Origin: Centroscyllium fabricii
Lineage: Eukaryota
Direction: 5' to 3'
NCBI GenBank assembly: GCA_051313645.2
Contig: JBNRSN020000010.1
Span: 66,650,001-66,714,000, forward strand
DNA length: 64,000 nt
Within the stretch, counting starts at the first letter, position 1. Every line of letters begins with the position of its first letter. The notes under the pieces were generated by a model that had not been told where the DNA came from, ran no database searches, and saw only the letters and a program-made list of their open reading frames with translations. Below, piece after piece: positions 1-11,934 of the stretch. Both the position numbers and the translations under genes were made by a program.

Positions 1-2564
1 CAAGAGGGTCATTCTTGGAGGTTCGGACATATCTTCGGAGCAATACGGGCCCTGGAGTGGTCAGCCACGAAGGGAGTGATGCTCTGTACGATGAGCGACG
101 CTGGAAACTGAAGAACCGTTCATGAGGCGTCGTGTTCGTGGCGGTGGAAAGCAAGGACCGTATGGAGTGTAATGCATCTGGTAACACCATCTCCCATTGC
201 TGGTTGGATAGACCCTGGGATTTTAGGGCAAGGCGTACCGAGTTCCATATGATGCCATTATACCTTTCTACCTGGCCGTTACCGATGGGGTGGTATGATG
301 TCGTTTTGCTTGTCGCGATGCCTCTTTCCGAGAGGTAGTCCTTAAGTTCAGTGGACATGAAAGATGGACCCCGATCTGAATGGATGTAAGCTGGCATGCC
401 ACAGAGCGCGAATATCTGCTCGAGACAATTGATTACCGTAGAAGTCAGCATATTCGAGCAGGGGAAGGCGAATGGAAAACGTGAATATTCGTCGACCATT
501 GTAAGCAAATATACCTTCCGAGTGGACGAGGGTACTAGGCCCTTAAAATCAATGCTCAGTCGTTGCATTGGTTGTGTCGCAGGTATAAGTACACCATCCG
601 GGGGCCGGAAAAACTGAGGTTTTAGCTCAGCACAGGTTCTGCATTCCGAACACATTTTCTTGATGTCTCCGGTTGAGAATGGGAGATTTTGTGACCTCAC
701 AAAATGTAACATACGTGTCACACCAGGATGACATAATCCATCATGGATATCTGCGAGAGTGGAGCATGATGCAGCAGAGCAGAATGCTCGTGTAAGAGTA
801 TCCGGTGCCACATTATCTTTACCAGGGCGATAGCGAATAGTATAGCCAAAAGAGGCCAATTCCATCCTCCACAGTTGTATCTTATTATTCTTGACTTTGG
901 TTCTTTTTCGGTTGTCAACCATGAAAGCGACTGATCGCTGGTCCGTTATCAATGTGAAGTGCTGGCGAGCTAAAAAATGGTTCCATTTTCGTACAGCCTC
1001 AATGATGGCCGTAGCTTCTTTTTCCACCGGTGGGTAGTGTACTTCAGCACCCTGTAGGGTCCTAGACATGAAAGCTACAGGGCGACCTTCCTGATTGAGT
1101 GTAGCCGAGATTGCCACCTCTGAAGCGTCGCATTCAACCACGAATGGGAGGTTCTCATCGATGGAGTGGAGGGTTACATTCTCCAAATGCTGTTTAAGAG
1201 TATTAAAGGTTGTAATAGCAGTTGTTCCGAATGGAAATGTTCTGGCATTCAACAAAGGTTGAATTTTGTCAGAAAAGTTAGGAATCCACTTCGCATAGTA
1301 GGCAAATAGGCCGAGGGCCCAACGCAGAGAAGCACGATTGTTAGGTGGAGGAAGCTCCTGGAGGGGGCAAAGTCTTTCCGGATCAGGCTTGATGATGCCG
1401 TTACCCACACAGTAGCCGAGAATGTTAATGGTTGGCTGTGATTCTACAGATTTGGATTCGTTTAAGGTCAGGTTGCGACGATAAAGTGCATCCCAAAATC
1501 TTCGAAGGTTGTCGTCATGTTCTTGCTGGTCATGGCCAGCAACAGTAATGTTGTCGAGATAAGGGAAAGTGTCCCTCAAGCCGCCTTGCTGCACCAAGCC
1601 ATCCATGGCTCGTTGAAAGACGGCTACTCCGTTGGTGACTCCGAATGGGAGACGGCAAAATTGATACAATCGTCCGTTAGCCTCAAAGGCTGTATATTTT
1701 TTATCCGAGGCCCGTAGGGGTACCTGATGATGAGCACTCTTCAGATCCAAGGAGCAAGCCAGGTCGAAAGCTTTTTGCAATTCTAGGGTCTTACTCTCCA
1801 GTAGACGCTGGCGTATCAGTGGGGAGGAAATCCCGCTGATGAAGGCATCGCGGATCATTTCCTCACAGTAAAGCTCAGCTGAGGCTGCCTTAAAGTTACA
1901 GTTCGTACTGAGCCTGCGCAGTTCTTGCAGGAATTCACTGATAGATTCCTCTGGCCTTTGCCGGGCTGTGGCCAGTAAATGTCTAGCGTAAACCTCGTTG
2001 GGTGTCTTCGTATACAGTTTTTTAAGAGTTTGGATTGCTTCATTAAAGTTATCCCATTTGTCCAGATATTCATATACGTTAGGGGATACATAGTTTACCA
2101 GTAGCCGGAGTTTAGCAGTATCGCCCGCATCACATTCTGCAAGGAAATTTTCAAAAGTATGGTACCAGTGCTTCCATACCTTTGCGGCTGATGGCGAGTT
2201 CGGATCCAGGTCAAGAGTTATGGGTTTGAAGAGGCTCTCCATGATGGGTGTTTCCCTGGGGTCCTCAGTTCCTTGTTGTCCGAAGGTTTCAAAATTTTGA
2301 GCGTAGTAGTTGATTAAATTGATGTGACGAAAGAGACCTACACATCAATAACTCTAAGCAAAGCTTTAATCAACTATTTACAGAGTTAAGTTTCACATGC
2401 TTACAGGGGAAGCATCATCCCAGACTGGATAGCAGCAGAACTTATACCACTAGACCGGACGTGACGTATATACAGGAAGTGACATGTGAAAAGGAAATGA
2501 TATCACAGGAAATACATATGCAGAGTTCATTAGACTTTCTGCCGGAAGTTTCAATATCACCACA
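1..2564 (-). mobile_element. Gypsy (Ty3/Metaviridae) LTR retrotransposon A, decayed, internally deleted, runs off the left edge
   Basis: Minus-strand translation gives gag (ATG 2242, MESLFKPITLDLDP..., RHLLATARQ), RT (LDLKSAHHQVP, PFGVTNGVAVFQR, PYLDN), RNase H (VECDASEVAISATLNQEGRPVAF) and integrase (IDFKG, VDEYSRFPFA, IHSDRG). It has frameshifts and stops. Confidence 0.93.
2320..2564 (-). repeat. 5' LTR of Gypsy A (245 bp, TGTGG...CA on minus)
   Basis: Starts TGTGG like the LTR of Gypsy C, ends CA, contains TATAA and ATTAAA, and lies directly upstream of gag. The partner LTR is outside the window. Confidence 0.75.
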
Positions 2565-3960
2565 CTCTCACCTCGCCATATTTGGACCATGGCTTTAATG
2601 AGGTCGGGAGCCAATTGGTCTTGGCGGAACCCAAACTGGGCAGGTTATTGGTGTGTAAGTGCCTCTTGATAGCACTGTCGATGACACCTTCCAGCGCTTT
2701 GCTGCTGATTGAGAGTAGACTGATGGTAATTGACCGGATTGGATTTGTCCTGCTTTTTGTGGACAGGACATATCTGGGTAGTTTTCTACATTGTCAGATA
2801 GATGCCAGTGTTGTAGCTGTACTGGAACATCTTGGCTAGAGACTCGGCTAGTTCTGAAGTAGAAGTCTTCAGCATGATAGCCGGGATGTTGTTGGGGCCC
2901 ATAGCCTTTGCTGTATCCAGTGTGCTCAGCCATTTCTTATCAGGTGGAGTGAATCGAATTGGCTGAAGAGTGGCTTCTGTGATGGAGCAAGGAGCGCACG
3001 TCAACCCAAGCACCCCACCCACCCACCCCCTCAGGCGGAGGCCGATATTGATCATCCACTCGGCACTTTGAGTATGCAACCATGTTTAGCCTTGTCTTTT
3101 GCACTCGCGTGCTGGGCTCCACCATCATTGAGGATTGGAATATGCATGGAGCCTCCTGCTCCCGTTAGTTGTTTAATGGACCACCACCATTCATGACTGG
3201 ATGTGGTAGGACTGCAGTGCTTTGATTGGATCCATTGATTGTGGGATCGCTTGGCATGTCTATAGCATGCTGCTTCCACTTTTTAGCATGCACGTAGTCC
3301 TGTGTTGCAGCTTCTCCAGGTTGGCACCTCATATTTAGGTACGCCTGGTGCTGCTCCTCGCATGCTCTTCTACACCCCTTATTGAACCAGGGTTGATGGT
3401 GGAGTGAGGGATATGCCGGGCTGTGGTGGAATATAATTCTGCTGCTGACGGGACTTCGTCTCCACAATGACTGCTACCAATACTGTCACGGACAGATGCA
3501 TCTGTGACAAGTTGGTGAGGACGAGGTCAAGTAGGTTTCTCCCCTCATGTTGGGTTTCTCACCATCTGTTGCAGGCCCAGACTGGCAGCTATGTCCTTCA
3601 GGATTCAGCCAACTCGGTCAGTAGTGGGGCTAGCGAGCCACTCTTGGTGATTGACGTCCCTCACCCAGAATACATTCTGTGCTCAGAGTATTGATTCACC
3701 TGAAGCCATGAGACTTCATGGAGTCCAGAGTCAATGTTGAGGACTCTCAGGTGCCGACTGTATACCACGGTGTTGCCACCCCGTTGATGGAGGAGTTTGG
3801 GACATTCTGTGAGTATGACCATGTCAGGCTGTTGGGACAGCTCTCCCAATGGCACAAGGCCCCAGATGTTGATGAGACCTTTGTGGGGCCGACTGGGCTG
3901 GGTGCCGTTGCCGTGTCTGTAGCCGCTGCCTGTGCCGATGCCGGGTGGTCCGTCCAGTAA
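2565..3960 (-). mobile_element. Degraded CR1-clade LINE fragment (family distinct from the HER1-like copies)
   Basis: Frameshifted endonuclease/RT-like peptides: KAMGPNNIPAIMLKT..ELAESLAKMFQYSY, QPWFNKGCRRAC, EWWWSIKQL, QFGFRQ. Confidence 0.75.
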
Positions 3961-4006
3961 AATTCTTATTACACTATTGTGTTTTGTAGCGGTTTCATTA
4001 CTGATA

Positions 4007-4335
4007 CAGGTTGAGCACCGTTAATCCAGCACCCTCGGGACCAGGCCGGTGCCGGACCACTGAAAATTCCGAACCACTGAAGGTTCGGGGGGAGTGCGCG
4101 GTAGAACACTCCCCGGGGCCCAGAGCGCGCGGTAGAACACTCCCCGGGAGGGAGCCCGGGGATAGAATACTTAGAAGACCTAAAAAACAGAAACCCAAAT
4201 GCCCGACACCTGCGGCGCTCGGTCACCCTTCCCAGGAAACAGTGGCGCCGCCGAGTGGCTGCTCTGCAAAATGAAGAGCGCCGGTTTCCAATCATGCCGG
4301 AACCATCGGGTGCCGGATTACCGGTGCTCAACCTG
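4007..4335. mobile_element. Tc1/mariner (Tigger/pogo-like) MITE, copy 1
   Basis: TIR CAGGTTGAGCACCG...CGGTGCTCAACCTG flanked by TA on both sides; no coding capacity. Confidence 0.85.
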
Positions 4336-5302
4336 TACTAGCTTTTTATTCCAGATTAACTGAATTTAAATTCCCCAGTTGCCGTGGTGGGATTTTAACT
4401 CACGTCTCTGGATTACTAGCCCAGTGATATTATCACTATGTTACTGTGAGTTGGTAGCTAATTCAGATCTTTTCCGGAACTTATAGCGGTTCGGATAATA
4501 TAAAATTGTAAGCTGATGTGTAGTCTCATTCCTTCAGATTTTAGTTATTGTTGGAGATTTTTTTTTAATGTATTTGTTTAAAGCTTTTTCTTTGTTTCTT
4601 ATCTCCCTCTCTTAATCCAATCTTTCTTTCCCTCTCTTTATTTCACTTTCTGTACCTGATTTGATATTGAATTCACTATTCTGACTGACACTTGCTGTTT
4701 TAGACTCGGCGCTGATTGGTTAAGGAGATGCACATGCCTTGTAGAGGATACTGCATGGTTTGGAAGTCTGGCTGACAGTAACTTGCCATGTAAAACCCCA
4801 TGGAAAGTCAAATGGCAAATGGCAATCTAACGTTTGCTGCTCACGGCAAAATCTGGACTATTCTGATTAGAGCAGGACCACGAGAGATTCTAATACATGA
4901 GGTGCATCTGAATATCACTTCACACACAGCTTATGCCTATTCATCTCCAACTCTTGAAAGCAGAAGATCAAAAAATAGAGTTCATCATCACTTACTGAAC
5001 CAGTGTAGCTGGAGCTGTGTGAAATCGCTGACTTCTTTGTTGGTATCCCAGTATGATTTCTACAGGTCTCTTTGTGCTTCTGGCAATCACCAGCATTACT
5101 GTTCTGGTTATACTTTGTTGTGCAATCTTAAAAAAGAATGAAAGATTCCACGTTGCACTTTTGAGATTCACATGACCAATATTGAAACATTGGTAGGATC
5201 TTCATGTATTCATTCTCATGTTGTATATTGTTATTGATTGTGATACACTGACATCTTCATGAAAGCTAATTTAATTTAAACGTTGCTTTATTTTAGATTA
5301 TA

Positions 5303-5470
5303 ATGGACATTGTCAGAGGCCAGCTTGATGAGATTTCACGCCCAGCATCTGGTTCTCGAACTCGCCCTGGGAGCCGAGTGGCAAGTGGTCCTTCACCAGA
5401 CAGGCGAAGATCGAGTGTGCACTCCTCGGGAGCTATGGTGGTTTTAACTCCTGAACCAAATTTATCCCAG
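5303..5470 (+). CDS. FSIP1: FSIP1 coding exon 1
   Basis: MDIVRGQLDEISRPASGSRTRPGSR...VLTPEP resembles the FSIP1 N-terminus as I recall it ([25 protein letters not shown]...VLSTEP). Acceptor ttttag ends at 5296; donor CAG|GTAAAA at 5470/5471; phase 0. Confidence 0.9.
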
Positions 5471-6257
5471 GTAAAATACACGATGTTTGGAAAATCAACT
5501 ATTTTTCCCTCTTTCTGAATTGTTATTTCAGACAATCTCATAATCTGAATTTGTAAACATTCAACTAATAATTTAACCATTGCTCTACATATTGTTTCAA
5601 AATGGAAATAGAGAACATGGTGGTGATGGGGCGGGGGGAGGCGAGAGTGTTCATTCCGAGTTGGAAGGTCCGCAAGAGCTGCAAGACACTGCCTCCTGGC
5701 AGTGAAATTAGCAGTGTTCAAATGTTGGGCGGGTTTGTTTTTTAGAAAAATTATAAAGGCTAAATTACTTCTAAGTATTTGGTGAAATTGTCAGCATATG
5801 TTTAAAATACATTCAGACTTTGGGTGTTAGACATTTATGGGTAAGTAGTTCTTCAGACTGGAAGAAGCTCAGACTTTAGTGAAATAAACTGATGAAACTA
5901 TTTTAACAGCTCCTCACAAATCCATAATAATGAAAGCTGACTCTATTTGGGTACGAAATTTGAAGTCCCATGATTTAAAAGTAAAGTCACAGAATAAAAT
6001 ATATAATCATACGAGTTATAGTGGTTGTTTTTTTTAAAACTTGGTAAACAGAATTAAAAATATTAACACTATTTAAACTGATGACAATTTACATTAAGCA
6101 GTATTGTTGCCTGGTAGGAAACTGGTAAATGTTTTGTCTCTTTACAAATATACAATGTGATGGCATAATTCACAATGTGATGGCATAATTCAATCATGAT
6201 AATATTATCCTGTTTTGGAAATCTCATTGCATTTCTTACGTGTGATGCCGTCATGGC

Positions 6258-9200
6258 TGATAGGCCATCAATAATCCAAGCGAGAGGTTCATCAATAATC
6301 CAAGCGAGAGGTTCAAGGACTTAAAGTCGGGGCAAGATGGCGACCAAGATGGCTGCCCCCACTGCACGCACGCGGCGGTGGAGGAGCTGGAGGCGGGATT
6401 CCCTCTGCAGACCTTGCCGAAGTGCCCTTTCTTCCCGCATCTGAAACAGGTGGTGCCTTTCGCTGGGCACAGAAGCTTCGAGTGCCTGTCCTGACCGCAG
6501 AAGTAACATTTCGGGCCCCGATGCATCGCGGCAGTAGTGGGGCTCCTGGGTGGAGGCTGGGGCTCCGATGGTGCTGCGCTGGCCTGAAAACTGGGAGGCG
6601 AAGATTGCTGCCCCCACGGTGCGCACGAGGCGGGTGGGCCGCGTGGTCTGAGGAGTAAGACTCAGCGTTCCTCTGGGCCATATCTAGCGATCGCGCTATG
6701 TCCATTGCTTGCTTTAAATCTAGCTTCTCTTTCTCGAACAGCCTCTGCCTAATGTAATTCGAGCTGACGCCTGCGATAAAGGTGTCACGGATCAGCTCCT
6801 CTGTGTGCACGGTGGCAGACACAGCCTTGCAATTACAGTCTCTGCCCAGTACTTTTAGGTGCAACATAAAATCCTCCAGTGACTCACAAGGCCGCTGCTT
6901 GCGGTTAGTTAGAAGATGTCTGGCGTATACCTCATTCACTGGCCGCATGTAGTGGGCCTTCGGGGTGGTGCAGGCATCTTCATAGCTGGGGGCATCCTTA
7001 ATGAGGGTTGAGACCCGATGGCTCACCCGATTCTGTAGGATACCCAGTTTCACGTCCCCGGTGGTGGTCGCCGATGCTATCGTGGCGGCGGAGGTTTCCA
7101 GAAAAAATTCAAAGCACTGGAACCAGTATTCGAACTATGTAGCGGCATCAGAGGCATGGGGGTCTAAATCTAAGCGCTCTGGTATCAGGAGCCGATCCAT
7201 CTCGATGTTTTAGTTATTAAAATTGATAGGCCATCAATAATCCAAGCGAGAGGTTCAAGGACTTAAAGGTAGGCTTTTAATAACTAAGAACTGTGGGGAA
7301 CATGGAGATGGCAAAAGCATTAAACGAATATTTTGTATCAGTCTTTACCGTAGAAGACATTAAAAATATTCCAACGCTGGATAAACAGGGGGCTATAGGA
7401 ATGGAGGAGCTAAACACTATTAAGATCACTAAGGAGATGGTATTAGGTAAATTAATGGGACTGAAGGTGGATAAATCCCCTGGGCCTGATGGATTACATC
7501 CAAGGGTCTTGAGAGAAATAGCGGTGGGGATTGTGGATGCATTGGTGATAATTTTCCAAAACTCCCTGGAGACAGGAAGGGTCCCGGTGGATTGGAAAAT
7601 GGCTAATGTAACACCTATATTTAAAAAGGGAAGTAGACAGAAGGCTGGTAACTATAGACCGGTTAGTCTAACATCTGTGGTGGGTAAAATGTTAGAGACC
7701 ATTATTAAAGAAACACTGACGGGGCACTTGGATAAACATGACTTAATCGGACAGAGTCAGCATGGTTTTACGAAGGGGAAGTCATGTTTAACTAATTTGC
7801 TCGAATTCTTTGAGGAAGTAACATCTCGGGTGGATAAAGGGGAACCGGTGGATGTGGTATACTTGGACTTCCAAAAGGCTTTTGACAAGGTGCCACATAA
7901 GAGACTATTGCTTAAAATAAAAAATTATGGGATTGGGGGAAATATATTAGCATGGGTAGAGGATTGGCTTTCAAATAGGAAGCAGAGAGTTGGGATAAAT
8001 GGTTCATACTCGGGATGGCAATCGGTGACTAGCGGTGTTCCGCAGGGGTCGGTGCTGGGACCCCAGTTGTTTACAATCTACATAAATGATTTGGAGGAGG
8101 GGACCAAGTGTAATATATCAAAGTTTGCAGATGACACAAAAATGGGAGGAAAAGCAGGGAGTGAGGAGGACAGAAAAAGCCTGCAAAAGGATATAGATAA
8201 GCTAGGTGATTGGGCAGCAACCTGGCAGATGAAATTTAATACTGACAAATGTGAAGTTATACACTTTGGAAAAAAAAATCATAGGGCAAGTTATTTTCTA
8301 AATGGGGAGGAGCTGCGTTGTAATACAACGCAAAAGGACCTGGGGGTATTAGTGCATGAATCACAAAAAGTTAGTATGCAGGTGCAGCAAGTGATTAGGA
8401 AGGCCAATGGAGTCTTAGCCTTTATTGCTAGGGGGATAGAGTATAAAAACAGGGAGGTCTTGCTGCAGCTGTACACAGTATTGGTGAGACCACATTTGGA
8501 ATACTGTGTGCAGTTTTGGTGTCCATACTTAAGAAAGGATGTACTTGCCCTGGAGGCAGTGCAGAGAAGGTTTACACGGTTAATTCCAGCGATGAGGGGG
8601 TTGACATATGAGGAAAGGTTAAGTAGGTTGGGACTCTACTCTTTAGAGTTCAGAAGAATGAGAGGCGATCTTATTGAAACGTATAAGATCGTGAGGGGCC
8701 TTGATCGGGTGGATGCGCCAAGGATGTTTCCAATGATCGGGGAGACTAGAACTAGGGGGCATAGTCTTAGAATAAGGGGGGGCTCTTTTAAAACTGAGAT
8801 GAGGAGAAACTTCTTCACCCAGAGGGTGGTTAATCTATGGAATTCACTGCCCCAGGGAGCTGTGGAAGCGGGAACATTAAATAAATTTAAAACCGAAATA
8901 GACTGTTTTTTAGCTGACAAGGGAATTAAGGGTTACGGGGAGCGGGCAGGGAAGTGGACCTGAGTTATGGTTAGTATAGTAAGACCTGAGTGATCTCCTG
9001 GACAAGTTTCGATCGCCTGGATTGGGGTCGGAGAGGAATTTCCCGGATTTATTTTCCCAAATTGGACCTGGGTTTTTATCCGGTTTTTCGCCTCTCCCAG
9101 GAGATCACACGGTTCTTTGGGTGGGAGAAGGGTGATAGTGGTACGAAGGTTAGGGTAGGATCAGCAACGATCTTGATGGGGAGGGGGCGGGCTCGGGGGG

Positions 9201-9572
9201 CCGATTGGCCTACTCCTGCTCCTATTTCTGGGGTTCTAGTGTTCTTGTGTTCCTGTGTTCTTGTGTCTTCTGTTCTTGTGCTATTGTGTTGTGTTCTTGT
9301 GTTCAGCCATGAACGTATTGAATGGCGGTGCAGGCTCGACGGACCGAATGGTCTACTCCTGCACCTATTTTCTATGTTTCTATGTTTCCCACACTGAGTT
9401 CTCCAGGTCGAATGGCTCAAGCCACTCTGGAGTCCTCTGTATAACAAAAGACAAGGGCGGAGCCCGACATATACAATAGACAAAGGTGGGCGGTACATAC
9501 ATTTCATACATTCCTAGCACAGGCAAGTCCAGGTGAAAAGCACAGTCTGATGAACATACATATTTCATCACA
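6258..9572 (-). mobile_element. Gypsy LTR retrotransposon B, non-autonomous (gag only), with its 5' LTR split by a CR1 insertion
   Basis: 5-bp TSD ATGGC at 6253-6257 and 9573-9577. Gag from ATG 7200 (RHLLTNRKQRP, IRDTFIAG, two zinc-knuckle motifs). LTR-end sequence TGATAGGCCATCAATAATCC appears at both 6258 and 7224. The 5' LTR is 7224-7292 plus ~9388-9572; pol is absent. Confidence 0.88.
7293..9387 (+). mobile_element. Young 5'-truncated CR1 (HER1-like) LINE with an uninterrupted RT ORF
   Basis: Open 556-aa ORF 7293..8963 with [45 protein letters not shown] and RPHLEYCVQFW. The 3' UTR ends in a (TTCTATGT)n tail. Confidence 0.96.
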
Positions 9573-9689
9573 ATGGCAATAATGCTGCTCTTAACATAGG
9601 AGTGGCGATCACAAGAATAAGAATAATAACTAGCACTTTTATTGCATTTTCACATGCTGAACATGTTTATAGTGAGGAAAGGAATATTT

Positions 9690-9840
9690 GTCTCATTGGC
9701 AGCACTCTCACCTCTGAGTCAGAAGATTGTGGGTTCAAGTCCCACTCCAGAGACTTGAGCACACAATTGAGGCTGATACTCTAGTGCAGTGCTGGGCATG
9801 CTACACTGTCAGAGGTCCTGTCTTTTGGATGAGACGTTAA
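9690..9840 (+). mobile_element. tRNA-derived SINE fragment (SacSINE/Deu-like)
   Basis: TGGCAGCACTCTCACCTCTGAGTCAGAAG...GGGTTCAAGTCCC (B-box-like) followed by a typical SINE body. Confidence 0.65.
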
Positions 9841-9943
9841 AGAGGGCCCATCGGAGGAGATGACTGGCTTGAAGGGGTGATAGAAGGTAAGCTGCAGAGA
9901 ATAAAAAAGATTAATGGAGGAAGATGCAAGATTGGGAGAATAT

Positions 9944-10725
9944 GGGGGGGATTTTGCCGGAAGTGCGGGAACCTGGCGGGGATTGGTCTGGGCGGGTTCC
10001 TGTCCCGCCCACCCAAAGAGCTGGGAAGCCCACGCAATTTTAATTTAATTGAGTTGTTAAATCCCCGCCGGCGGCAGCTGGTGGTAATTAACTCAATCGA
10101 GTCGGGCTGCAGCGGGGCCGCGAGCAGTTTGATTGACAGTTCCAGCACTGGTTGTTGACAGTTCCCATGGAAACACTCCACTGTGACATCACAGTCGAGT
10201 GGAGCCAATGGGAAAGGTCAAGTGCTGGTGACTGACAGGCGGGCTCCGAATCCTTGACAGCTCGCACCGGCTGTGAGCAAATGTGCAAAGCTGAGATTTC
10301 TCAGTTTTTGCTCACAGCTGGTGCAGCAACTACGGAGTAACTTACTCCTTTCAGGTGCTGGAGGCATGCCAAGCATTTGGCAGCATGTCCTTCACAGCTT
10401 GAAGGAGAAAATAATGACTAGTGCTGAGCTCCCGCTGGGTGAAACCCAGCGGGGTTTAAGGTGATGGGGTTAGGGTGGGAAACAGCTCCAAATGGCTGAG
10501 GGCCCTTAAAATGGCATTAAACATGCCAATTAAGGGCCCTTAACGAGGTGACAACCCATCCTCACCGGTCGGTGGCAGGAAGGTTTCGGGGCGGGGAATC
10601 AGGGCGGGGGAAAATGATAAAGCGGCAGGGTTCCGGCGGGGGGGGGGGTCGCAACCCACTGGTTGCGCTATTTTGCCGGCCGAGCCGCCAAAAACCCCGC
10701 CTCACGGGGACATGAAAATTCCCCC
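9944..10725. mobile_element. Non-autonomous DNA transposon (Harbinger-like MITE), copy 1
   Basis: Termini GGGGGGATTTT...AAAATTCCCCC. An inverted homologous copy lies at 61963-62797. Confidence 0.75.
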
Positions 10726-10726
10726 T

Positions 10727-11230
10727 GAGAGTGGGTCGGAGGGCTGCCGGACTAGGCCACACTGTGGATGGCCTTGATTTTGGACACACAAAAGTTCAGA
10801 TATTCCTTCCTTTTTGAGTCTTGGATGGAGGTGGGAGGCGTCTAAAAAGGGGTTAGTGGTAGAGCAAACAAATGAGGAGTTCTTGCTGCTCTGACAGTTT
10901 AAGATGGCCCAGTTATAGCTGTCCATGGACACCAAAGCCAAAGCAACAGCATGGTCATTCAAGCTGATGGCCTGCTGATTTGAGGCTGCAAAGGTGGCTG
11001 TATACCAGGAGACCATACGGAATTTGAGGGGAGTGAGGGTGTTGAAGGGTAGCGAGAGAGTTCGGGAAAAAATCGACAAGAGATGGTACTGTCATCTCAA
11101 GTGGCAAACTCGAGATGGCAAAGACCATAGTTTGTGAGCAGTGGAACATTTTGCAGGGCGATGTGGAGAATGGCCAAACATGTCATTGCATGGGTCGTGG
11201 AGGTTGGGGTCAGAAATGCAGAGGTTTAGA
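10727..11230 (-). mobile_element. Degraded L2-type LINE fragment
   Basis: Decayed sequence resembling L2 ORF2; no intact ORF. Confidence 0.4.
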
Positions 11231-11685
11231 AGATTGGTTCAGCGGGAGTGAGGTGGCAGAAAATGTGAATGAGGCAGATAGGTTGGTTACTAAGGTAGAG
11301 CTTCTGGTGAGTGCTATGGTAGTTGTGGCAGTGGATGCCTAGCTTGAGGCAGAAAGAGGCTGTATGTCAGTCTGGGAGGGACAGGAGCTGAGGCAGAGGG
11401 AGAGGGAGAACACTTCAACAAAAGTGTAGCAAATGATTGGGTGGCAGAGTACAGAGCACAAGGGAGCTAGTGAGGAAGAGTTGATCAGGAAGTGAAGAAG
11501 GTAGCAAGTGGGTTGAAACGTGTAGAGGGAGAAGGGGGCAGGATTGGAAGACTTTCACCCCAATCTAGATAACTGGCAAAAACTGGCCCGATAGCTTCAA
11601 ATAAGGTTGACCCCAAAAAAAGCTGACAAACATAAATACTGGCTTGTGAAGTCAATGAATTGGACTGAAAACCCATTGTGACATG

Positions 11686-11934
11686 CGCAAGAAGTCACAC
11701 AACACCAGATTATAGTCCAACAGTTTTATTTTAAATCACAAGCTTTCGGAGCTTCTGCCCCTTCGTCAGATGAAAGAGAGACTGACTTTCATCTGACGAA
11801 GGGGCAGAAGCTCTTTCATCTGACGAAGGGGCAGAAGCTCCGAAAGCTTGTGATTTAAAATAAAACTGTTGGACTATAATCTGGTGTTGTGTGACTTCTT
11901 GCATTTGTCCACCCCAGTCCAACCGGCACCCCCA
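11686..11934. mobile_element. Penelope-like element remnant: inverted pseudo-LTR pair
   Basis: 92-bp perfect inverted repeat (11687-11778 / 11811-11902) flanked by the 12-bp direct repeat CATTGTGACATG (11674-11685, 11935-11946); contains hammerhead cores. Confidence 0.8.
11816..11853 (+). ncRNA. Minimal type-I hammerhead ribozyme motif (mirror copy on - at ~11736-11773)
   Basis: UCAU-CUGACGA-A-GGGGC-AGAA-GCUCC-GAAA-G-CUU-GUGA: CUGANGA and GAAA cores, stem II GGGGC/GCUCC, stem I UCAU/GUGA, palindromic AAGCUU stem III. Confidence 0.7.
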
